The notes below the pieces were generated by a model. The model saw nothing but the letters and a program-made list of their open reading frames with translations. It had not been told where the DNA came from and searched no databases. From the NCBI GenBank assembly GCA_027003075.1, contig JALWYV010000001.1:24128-88127 (forward strand): DNA of 64,000 bases. The letters run 5' to 3'. Below, in pieces: positions 56,856 through 64,000 of this stretch. Origin of the DNA: a candidate division WOR-3 bacterium (GTDB lineage: Bacteria > Hydrothermota > Hydrothermia > LBFQ01). The position numbers and the translations under genes are program-made. Within the stretch, counting starts at the first letter, position 1. Every line of letters starts with the position of its first letter.

Positions 56856-57764
56856 GTGGAATACCGTGTGTGCTTCCCCCGTACAATATCCCATATGCCT
56901 TCAGTGGCCATAATGGACGAACTTGATCCGATAGCCCGGAATATCCTTCAGGAGGCGGGGATAACCGTACTCCCCCCTGAGAGGTACACCGAAGCCGAAG
57001 CCGTGATAGTCCGTAGCAGGACGAAGGTGGACAGAAAGTTCATGGATTCGGCTCCCCGGCTGCGTCTCGTGGTCCGGGCGGGTGTGGGGCTGGACAACGT
57101 GGACCTCGCGTACGCCAGAGAGAGAGGTATTACCGTAAAGAACACGCCACAGGCGACGGTGGTGTCTGTCGCCGAACTCGCTATCGGCCTGATGATAGCC
57201 GCGGCACGGCACATCCCCCGCGCCCACTCCTCCACGAAGGCCGGCCTCTGGGAGAAGAAGAAACTCAAGGGTATTGAACTCCACGGTAAGGTGTTGGGTG
57301 TGGTGGGCATGGGAAGGATAGGAAGGGCGGTGGCCGAGAGGGCGAAGTGCTTCGGTATGGAGGTCGTTTACTACGACCTCGTTGACGTTCCGGGGTACCG
57401 TAAGGTGGACCTCCCGGAACTCTTCTCCACAGCCGACGTCGTAAGCCTTCACCTTCCCCTGAACGAGAACACGCGGGGTATAATAAACTACGACCTCATG
57501 AAGAGGATGAAGGAGGGGGCGATACTGATAAACACCGCGCGGGGAGGCCTGATACCCACGGAAGACCTCGTAAGGGTCCTGGAGGAGGGGAAGATAACCG
57601 TGGCCCTTGACGTTTACGAGGAGGAACCTCCACCGCCCCACCTCCTGAAGTACCCCAATCTCATAGCCACACCCCACATAGGGGCGCAGACGAAAGAAGC
57701 CCAGAGGAGGGCCGCCGAAGAGGCCGCGAGAATAGTGGTGGAATTCTTTAATGCGGGCGCCTGA
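56856..57764 (+). CDS. serA: D-isomer-specific 2-hydroxyacid dehydrogenase (phosphoglycerate dehydrogenase-like)
   Basis: NAD-binding motif '[16 protein letters not shown]' plus catalytic R, E and H residues. The true start is probably the internal M (MPSVAIMDE). Confidence 0.75.
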   Translation: MEYRVCFPRTISHMPSVAIMDELDPIARNILQEAGITVLPPERYTEAEAVIVRSRTKVDRKFMDSAPRLRLVVRAGVGLDNVDLAYARERGITVKNTPQATVVSVAELAIGLMIAAARHIPRAHSSTKAGLWEKKKLKGIELHGKVLGVVGMGRIGRAVAERAKCFGMEVVYYDLVDVPGYRKVDLPELFSTADVVSLHLPLNENTRGIINYDLMKRMKEGAILINTARGGLIPTEDLVRVLEEGKITVALDVYEEEPPPPHLLKYPNLIATPHIGAQTKEAQRRAAEEAARIVVEFFNAGA

Positions 57765-58719
57765 GGTTTACCTATCAACCGAAGGTTTCGCCGTCCCCTA
57801 CGAGAACCTATGGCCGTTTTTAAGCTCCTCGTGGGAGAGCCTGAAGAACCTGCCCCTGAGACACGTCGGCCAGACCTACCTCCTCGTCGTTCAGGAGTTC
57901 AATTTGAACGGGGTAAAACGCGTTAGACGGGCGCTCCTGTGTATGGTAGACCCGAAGGATTACCGGATATACCCCCACGAGGACACCTTTCCGGAGGGCG
58001 TGGCATTTTACAGGGAGATAGCCCGAAACTTCCCCTACCAGTTCGCTCCCGTCATGCTCATAGGTGAGGATGAGGACGGTGTCCTGAAACGCACGGAGCC
58101 AGTTGACCTGTTATTTGAAGCGGAGTTTTACGGAGTAAGGACCTATCTGTACACGGCGAAGGTAAAGGGAAAGTTGCCCCGCGAGATGGTGATAGCAGAT
58201 GGGCATCACAGGTACCGGGCGTACAGCATGGAGGGAGAGGTTTTCGTGGCCTTTATGGACGTAAACGATCCCGCCCTCGTTATACTGCCGACCCACAGGG
58301 GTTTGAAGGTTAACAGGGTACTCATAAAAAAACTCCTGAAAAACGGGAACGTTCAGAAGAAAGTCCTCCGGGACGTCAGGGACGAGCATCTCAACCGTTT
58401 CCCGGTCGTACTCAAAGGCGGAGGAGCCAGGCCCATCGGTCTGAACTTCAACGTCAAAGACGGGCCAATAACCGGAGTACCCGCCCATCTGAGCGACAAC
58501 GTCTTTCTCGGTGGACGGTACGACCGCATAGTCGGGTACGAGAGGCACAGACGGGAGGCCCTTAAGAAACTCTACGATGGGGTGTACGACTTCGTCCTCC
58601 TTCTGAGGGCGACAACACCGAAACAGGTAATGGAGGTGGCGAGGGCGGGTCTCAACATGCCGAGGAAATCAACCGACTTCTTTCCCAAACTCGTCGCCGG
58701 GCCTACTTTTGTCAAATAA
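57751..58719 (+). CDS. DUF1015-family protein
   Basis: 'VIADGHHRYRA' is the DUF1015 signature. It overlaps the end of the serA-like gene. Confidence 0.7.
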   Translation: MRAPEVYLSTEGFAVPYENLWPFLSSSWESLKNLPLRHVGQTYLLVVQEFNLNGVKRVRRALLCMVDPKDYRIYPHEDTFPEGVAFYREIARNFPYQFAPVMLIGEDEDGVLKRTEPVDLLFEAEFYGVRTYLYTAKVKGKLPREMVIADGHHRYRAYSMEGEVFVAFMDVNDPALVILPTHRGLKVNRVLIKKLLKNGNVQKKVLRDVRDEHLNRFPVVLKGGGARPIGLNFNVKDGPITGVPAHLSDNVFLGGRYDRIVGYERHRREALKKLYDGVYDFVLLLRATTPKQVMEVARAGLNMPRKSTDFFPKLVAGPTFVK

Positions 58720-58772
58720 CTGCACCTTCTTCCGGATTATCCGTTGGATATCAACCTTAGAATACCTTCGTC

Positions 58773-59546
58773 ATGAAGAGGTTTTCAGTTTTGCTGTTTG
58801 CCGGCGCTCTGCTGGTGGCTGGATGTAAGAAGGGAGAGGTAGGCACGCCTGAGGTTACGGCTAAGGCCGTGAACAACGGTGCCGATCTGGATCTTACCTG
58901 GAACGCGGTTGAGAATGCCAGCACGTACAAGATCTACGGGGACGACTCCCTCCTGGCCGAGATAGACTCCACCCACTTCGTCATATCCGGAAACAACGGT
59001 GTCTTCACCAAGGTTACGGTAGAGGCCGTGGGCGGCGGTAAGTACGACGTGGACCTGATGCCCTACGAGAAGGATCTCGGCACCATATACACCCACGACG
59101 ATCCCGATACCACCCACCACTCCTGGGTCAAGGTGTACCTGAGCGGCGATAGTACGGAAGCCACGACCACCAACCAGGCGGGTGTGGACACTACCCTCGC
59201 TAACACCGCTTACTTCGTCTTCTTTAACAACTCCGGAACCGTCCAGTTCAAGGATATACATCAGACCTCCTTCGGAGCGGGGAAGGTTCACTCCTACTTC
59301 GCCGATCCCGGTAGCGTTTCCGGTCTTGCCCCCAACTCCACGAGCGACTACGCCGACATAAAGGACGTCTCCGGAAACTCCGAGTACTACATCTGGTTTG
59401 ACAGGGATCTGGACGGAGACATATCCACCAACTCCTGTTTCGGTCTCATAAAGGTCGGACCCACCAACGGAACCGGTCCCTACAACACCACCGCCACCAT
59501 CTACGTCCAGAACAAGGTCCCCGGTCTCGGCTGGATAAAGTACTGA
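58773..59546 (+). CDS. hypothetical lipoprotein
   Basis: Lipobox 'LLVAGC'. Thr/Asp/Gly-rich beta-type composition. Confidence 0.5.
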   Translation: MKRFSVLLFAGALLVAGCKKGEVGTPEVTAKAVNNGADLDLTWNAVENASTYKIYGDDSLLAEIDSTHFVISGNNGVFTKVTVEAVGGGKYDVDLMPYEKDLGTIYTHDDPDTTHHSWVKVYLSGDSTEATTTNQAGVDTTLANTAYFVFFNNSGTVQFKDIHQTSFGAGKVHSYFADPGSVSGLAPNSTSDYADIKDVSGNSEYYIWFDRDLDGDISTNSCFGLIKVGPTNGTGPYNTTATIYVQNKVPGLGWIKY

Positions 59547-59570
59547 TTCAGAAGACGGAACTCAGCCTCA

Positions 59571-59595
59571 GGGGGGCGGAATGCCCCCTTTTTTG
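59571..59595 (+). terminator. rho-independent terminator
   Basis: Hairpin GGGGGGC-GGAAT-GCCCCCC followed by a T6 run. It overlaps the track's 59581 start, supporting the later start for the next gene. Confidence 0.6.
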
Positions 59596-59631
59596 TTCGC
59601 TTATCTCCCTTCCCCCCTTAAAATAGAGTCT

Positions 59632-61314
59632 ATGCGTGAAACCGTCAAGAAGGATCTGGAGGAGCTGTACAGGGAGTGGAGGGAAAGGGCCAGAGCCAGA
59701 TCAAAGGACAGGAAGGAAAGGTACCTTACGATCTCCGGAGTTCCCATAAAGGACCTGTATACCCCACTGGACATTCCCGGATTTGACTATACGGAGAAGC
59801 TCGGTTTTCCCGGGGAGTACCCTTACACCCGCGGGCCGTACTACAACATGTACAGGGGCCGACCCTGGACCATAAGGCAGTTCGCCGGTTTCGGCAGGGC
59901 GAAGGACACGAACGAGCGTTTCAAGTACCTCATATCGGTGGGTCAGACGGGCCTCTCAACGGCCTTTGATATGCCCACCCTGATGGGGTACGACTCCGAC
60001 CACCCCATGGCCGAGGGAGAGGTCGGAAGGGAGGGGGTGGCCGTTGATACGCTGGCCGACTTTGAGATCCTGTTTGACGGCATAAACCTCGGGGAGGTCT
60101 CCGTCTCCTTCACCATAAACGCCCCTGCCATCTTCATCTACGCCCTCTACCTCGCCGTCGCCGAGAAGCAGGGGGTCCCCTGGGAGAAGCTCCGCGGCAC
60201 CCTCCAGAACGACATGCTCAAGGAGTTCCACGCCCAGAACGAGTGGATATTCCCGCCCGGCCCCTCCGTCAAGCTCGTGACGGACATCGTTGAGTTCTCC
60301 ACCTACCACACCCCCAAGTTCAACACCATATCCATATCCGGGTACCACATCCGGGAGGCGGGTTCCACGGCGGCCCAGGAGCTGGCCTTCACCCTGGCGG
60401 ATGGCTTCGCGTACGTTGAGGCCGGAATACGCCGTGGTTTGGACGTGGACGCCTTCGCCCCCCGTTTATCCTTCTTCTTCAACTCCCACCTTGACTTCTT
60501 TGAGGAGATAGCGAAGTTCAGGGCCGCCCGCCGGATATGGGCGAGGGAGATGAGGTACCGCTACGGTGCCAGGAAGCCCGAAAGCTGGCGTCTACGCTTC
60601 CATACCCAGACGGCCGGATGCTCCCTCACCGCCCAGCAGCCCCTCGTGAACATAGTCAGGACGGCCTTTGAGGCCCTCGCTGCCGTCCTTGGCGGTACCC
60701 AGAGCTTGCATACCAACTCCTACGACGAGGCCCTTCAGCTTCCCTCCAGGGAGGCCGTAACCATAGCCGTGAGGACGCAGCAGGTCATCCTGCACGAGAT
60801 AGGGGTCGCCAACACCATAGACCCCCTCGCCGGTTCCTACTTCGTGGAGTGGCTTACGGACGAGATGGAGAGGCAGGCCTACGAGTACTTTGACAGGATC
60901 CTTGACCTCGGAAACGGCTCCTTCCTTGACGGCATACTCAAGGGTATAGACCTCGGCTTCTTCAAGAAGGAGATAGCCGACGCCGCCTACGATTTCCAGA
61001 AGAGGGTTGAGGAAGGGGAGTTCATATGGGTAGGTATAAACGCCTATCAGGAAGACGTACCCCTTGAGGTTCCCAAGTTCCACGTGGATCCGAAGATAGA
61101 GGAGGAGCAGAAGGCCTTCGTCAGGAAGATAAGGGAGACGAGGGACAACTACGCCGTTAAAGAGGCCCTGAAGAGGCTGAAGGAGGCCGCAAAGAGGGGC
61201 GAGAACCTCGTGCCCTACTTCGTGGAGGCCGTGAAGGTCTACGCCACCGAAGGGGAGCTGATGGACGCCTTGAAGGAGGTGTACGGCACCTACAGGGAGA
61301 ACCTCATTATCTGA
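59632..61314 (+). CDS. methylmalonyl-CoA mutase family, large (catalytic TIM-barrel) subunit without a fused B12-binding domain
   Basis: 'RGPYYNMYRGRPWTIRQFAGFG', 'QTGLSTAFDMPT' and 'ISISGYHIREAGS' are mutase barrel motifs. I place the start at the ATG at 59632. Confidence 0.85.
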   Translation: MRETVKKDLEELYREWRERARARSKDRKERYLTISGVPIKDLYTPLDIPGFDYTEKLGFPGEYPYTRGPYYNMYRGRPWTIRQFAGFGRAKDTNERFKYLISVGQTGLSTAFDMPTLMGYDSDHPMAEGEVGREGVAVDTLADFEILFDGINLGEVSVSFTINAPAIFIYALYLAVAEKQGVPWEKLRGTLQNDMLKEFHAQNEWIFPPGPSVKLVTDIVEFSTYHTPKFNTISISGYHIREAGSTAAQELAFTLADGFAYVEAGIRRGLDVDAFAPRLSFFFNSHLDFFEEIAKFRAARRIWAREMRYRYGARKPESWRLRFHTQTAGCSLTAQQPLVNIVRTAFEALAAVLGGTQSLHTNSYDEALQLPSREAVTIAVRTQQVILHEIGVANTIDPLAGSYFVEWLTDEMERQAYEYFDRILDLGNGSFLDGILKGIDLGFFKKEIADAAYDFQKRVEEGEFIWVGINAYQEDVPLEVPKFHVDPKIEEEQKAFVRKIRETRDNYAVKEALKRLKEAAKRGENLVPYFVEAVKVYATEGELMDALKEVYGTYRENLII

Positions 61315-61411
61315 GGGTTTCTCCCTTTAAGGGGGAGGTGGTGATTATAGGAGGACCGTAGGTATCTCCCCTACTCTGCTAATAAAATATTTGAGGATTT
61401 CGCCGGTATAA

Positions 61412-63322
61412 TTGCCACTTATGGCCGAAGTAAGGAACGAATACGGTGCGGAGGCGATACGGGTACTCAAAGGCCTTGAAGGTGTAAGACGTCGCCCCGC
61501 CATGTACATAGGGGACACCGGACGCAGGGGGTTCCATCACCTACTCCTTGAGATCCTTGACAACGCCGTGGACGAGGCTCTGGCAGGATATGCGAAGAAC
61601 ATCACTGTTACCCTGCACGCGGATGACTCCGTCTCCGTAGAGGACGATGGACGAGGCATCCCCACCGACCCCCACCCGGAGCTGGGCATAAGCGGTGTTG
61701 AGGTCGTATTTACGGTACTCCATGCTGGAGGGAAGTTTGACAGGAAGGCCTATCAGGTGTCCGGAGGGTTGCACGGTGTGGGTGCATCCGTGGTCAATGC
61801 CCTGTCCGAATGGACGGAGGTAATAGTAAAGCGGGACGGTAAGGTATGGAGGGCGCGGTTCAGCAGAGGGGAGGTGGTGGAACCCCTTCACGTGATAGGT
61901 GAGGCGAATGGTACGGGAACTTTCGTCAGGTTCAAACCTGACCCCGAAATATTCGGACACCAGACGTGGGATAAGGAGTTCATAAGGCACAGACTGCGGG
62001 AACTCTCCTACCTCGTATCCGGGGTGCGTTTCCGCTTCGTGGACGAGAAAACCGGGGAGGAAGAGGTTTACGAGAGCGGTGGGCTTGTGGACTTCCTGCT
62101 CTACGTGGACGAGGGAAACCCTCCCCTCTTCTCCCCGCCCTTCTACGTTAAAAAGAGGGAGGGAGACTACGAGCTTGAGCTGGCCCTCCACTATACGGAT
62201 ACGGACGACGAGAAGATAATATCTTTCGTTAACACCATACAGACGACCGAAGGTGGTACCCATGTAACCGGCCTGAGGGCGGCCCTTACCAAGGTGGTGA
62301 ACGAGTACGCTCAGGCCCACAACATGCTCCGGGAGCTGAAGGGCAAGACCCTTTCCGGTGAGGACGTGAGGGAAGGCCTTACGGCTATAATCCACGTGAA
62401 ACTTCCGGAGCCGCAGTTTGAGGGCCAGACCAAAACCAAACTCGGAACGGCTGCAGCGAGGACGTTCGTTGAGGGAATAGTCGCACGGGAGTTCCGTCGG
62501 TTCCTTGAGGAGAACCCCAAAGCCGCCCAGGCCATCATCCAGAAGGCCATAGTGGCCGCAAAGTCAAGGGCGGCCGCCCGTAAGGCGAGGGAACTGGTAA
62601 AGCGCAAGAGTTTCTTAGAGTCGGATACCCTTCCCGGCAAGCTCTCCGACTGCATAACCAAAAACCCCGAAGAGGCCGAGCTCTTCATCGTGGAGGGAGA
62701 TTCGGCGGGTGGTTCGGCCAAGCAGGCGAGGGACAGGAGGACTCAGGCCATACTCCCCATAAGGGGTAAGATAAGGAACGTGGAGAAGGCCGAGGTGGTC
62801 AAAGTACTTTCTAACGCCGAGGTGAGAGCGATAATAAGCGCCATAGGTTGCGGTATAAAGGACGAGTGCGATCCTTCCAAAGCCCGTTATAAGAAGATCA
62901 TCATCATGAGCGACGCCGACGTGGACGGCGCCCACATCCGTACCCTACTCCTTACCCTCTTCTGGCGTTTCATGAAACCCTTAGTGGAACAGGGGTATAT
63001 CTACATCGCCATGCCGCCCCTCTACAGGGTACAGAAGGGTAAGCAGGTACGTTACCTCTATTCCGACGAGGAGCTGGAGGAGCTGAAGAGGGAGTGGGGC
63101 AACAACATCACGATCCAGAGGTACAAGGGGTTAGGTGAGATGAACCCGGAGCAGCTCTGGGAGACTACCATGAACCCGGAGACCCGTACCCTCAAAAAGG
63201 TGACCGTTGAAGACGCCATAGAGGCCGACCACCTCTTCTCCATCCTCATGGGCAAGATCGTGGAGAGGAGGAGGGAGTTCATAGAGCAGAACGCCCAATT
63301 CGTAAAGAACCTGGACGTCTAA
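61412..63322 (+). CDS. gyrB: DNA gyrase (type II topoisomerase) subunit B
   Basis: GHKL ATPase motifs 'LLLEILDNAVDEALAG' and 'GLHGVGASVVNALS'. TOPRIM motifs 'EGDSAGGSAKQ' and 'IMSDADVDGAHI'. 636 aa. Confidence 0.85.
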   Translation: MPLMAEVRNEYGAEAIRVLKGLEGVRRRPAMYIGDTGRRGFHHLLLEILDNAVDEALAGYAKNITVTLHADDSVSVEDDGRGIPTDPHPELGISGVEVVFTVLHAGGKFDRKAYQVSGGLHGVGASVVNALSEWTEVIVKRDGKVWRARFSRGEVVEPLHVIGEANGTGTFVRFKPDPEIFGHQTWDKEFIRHRLRELSYLVSGVRFRFVDEKTGEEEVYESGGLVDFLLYVDEGNPPLFSPPFYVKKREGDYELELALHYTDTDDEKIISFVNTIQTTEGGTHVTGLRAALTKVVNEYAQAHNMLRELKGKTLSGEDVREGLTAIIHVKLPEPQFEGQTKTKLGTAAARTFVEGIVAREFRRFLEENPKAAQAIIQKAIVAAKSRAAARKARELVKRKSFLESDTLPGKLSDCITKNPEEAELFIVEGDSAGGSAKQARDRRTQAILPIRGKIRNVEKAEVVKVLSNAEVRAIISAIGCGIKDECDPSKARYKKIIIMSDADVDGAHIRTLLLTLFWRFMKPLVEQGYIYIAMPPLYRVQKGKQVRYLYSDEELEELKREWGNNITIQRYKGLGEMNPEQLWETTMNPETRTLKKVTVEDAIEADHLFSILMGKIVERRREFIEQNAQFVKNLDV

Positions 63323-63323
63323 G

Positions 63324-64000
63324 GTGCTGGCCGACCTCCTCGTTAACCTACGGGACGTTCACATAGTGTTCAACCTATTCTCCTACCTCACCTTTCGCTC
63401 CGCCGTCGCCTTCGTCCTGTCTTTCGTCCTCTCTTACCTCCTCCTCGGATGGTACATAAGGAAGTTTGGGAACAGCCTGTACGAGAGGATATCGGAGGAC
63501 GTACCTGAAAGACATCGCAAAAAGGAGGGTACCCCCTCCTCCGGTGGTCTGATATTTGTTCCTGTGGCTCTGATAGTCACCCTCCTTTTCGCCTCACCCG
63601 TTCCGGAGGTTCTCACGGCGGTTTTCGCCACGTCCGTCATGGGAGCCATGGGTTTCGTTGACGACCTCTCCAAACTCCGCAGGACGGACAAAAAGGGAGG
63701 CCTGCCCAAACGGGTGAAACTCCTGTTTCAGCTGGGCCTCGGCTTCGTGTTTGCCTTGGTCGCCCTTCACATCTTCGGCAACAAGGCCTTCACCACACAA
63801 CTTCTCTTCCTGAAGAACTACTTCATCTACATGGGGTGGTTCTACGTTCTGTTCGTGGCTCTCGTCCTTGCGGGTACGGCCAACGGTGTAAACCTGACCG
63901 ATGGACTTGATGGTCTGGCTGCGGGTGTGGTACTCTATCCCCTCGTCGTCTTCGGGATCATAGCCTACGTGGAGGGTAACGTCAAGTTCGCCACCTACCT
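63324..64000 (+). CDS. mraY: phospho-N-acetylmuramoyl-pentapeptide transferase MraY (partial, runs off the window)
   Basis: GTG start 2 nt after the gyrB stop. 'GGLIFVPV', 'MGFVDD' and 'NGVNLTDGLDGLAAG' are MraY motifs. Absent from the track because it has no stop within the window. Confidence 0.75.
   Translation, partial: MLADLLVNLRDVHIVFNLFSYLTFRSAVAFVLSFVLSYLLLGWYIRKFGNSLYERISEDVPERHRKKEGTPSSGGLIFVPVALIVTLLFASPVPEVLTAVFATSVMGAMGFVDDLSKLRRTDKKGGLPKRVKLLFQLGLGFVFALVALHIFGNKAFTTQLLFLKNYFIYMGWFYVLFVALVLAGTANGVNLTDGLDGLAAGVVLYPLVVFGIIAYVEGNVKFATY

Overview
This 64-kb window is a chromosomal segment from a GC-rich, apparently thermophilic bacterium. Two features point to the Fibrobacteres-Chlorobi-Bacteroidetes (FCB) superphylum: a fused LpxC-FabZ gene, and three secreted repeat proteins with C-terminal domains that resemble type IX secretion system (T9SS) sorting domains.

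Most of the window is tightly packed housekeeping genes:
- pnp-rpsO, a ba3-type cytochrome oxidase operon with a Thermus-like 43-aa subunit IIa, dnaX, lpxC/fabZ, hpf, an lptF/G-family gene and trxB.
- fabD, then infB-nusA-rimP, and prfB with its programmed +1 frameshift.
- accD, an archaeal-type SAM synthetase, rtcB, parAB, pdxS, a serA-like gene, a methylmalonyl-CoA mutase large subunit, gyrB and a partial mraY.

Two regions look like accessory DNA:
- An orphan 10-repeat CRISPR array at ~18983-19689 sits between the lptF/G-family gene and a hypothetical gene. The repeat is 30 nt, GTTTCAATCCCTTATAGGTAGGCTGAAAAC. The array has a degenerate terminal repeat, a truncated repeat and a putative leader on its right side. 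No cas genes are present in the window.
- A decayed type I restriction-modification locus at ~42.5-50.8 kb contains a sharply AT-rich ~4.7-kb insertion (45805-50519). hsdM is reduced to a 93-aa N-terminal remnant and hsdS carries an in-frame TAA, while hsdR and a YgjP-like peptidase look intact. The insertion carries an OLD-family ATPase/TOPRIM nuclease translationally coupled to the hsdM remnant. It also carries a 259-aa unknown protein, a Thoeris ThsB-like TIR (DUF1863) protein and an overlapping 170-aa three-helix membrane protein.

The TIR + minimal membrane-protein pair, embedded together with an OLD nuclease in this RM scaffold, is my best candidate for a previously undescribed defense module.

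A second region of interest is a minus-strand cluster at 32.7-39.7 kb: SCO1, an outer-membrane beta-barrel, YceI, a BNR protein with a T9SS-like tail and two paralogous Gly/Asp-rich proteins. Each paralog carries about 12 repeats of a 'hhD-x2-G-(N/D)-D-x-Y' unit (h = hydrophobic) that I cannot assign to a known family.
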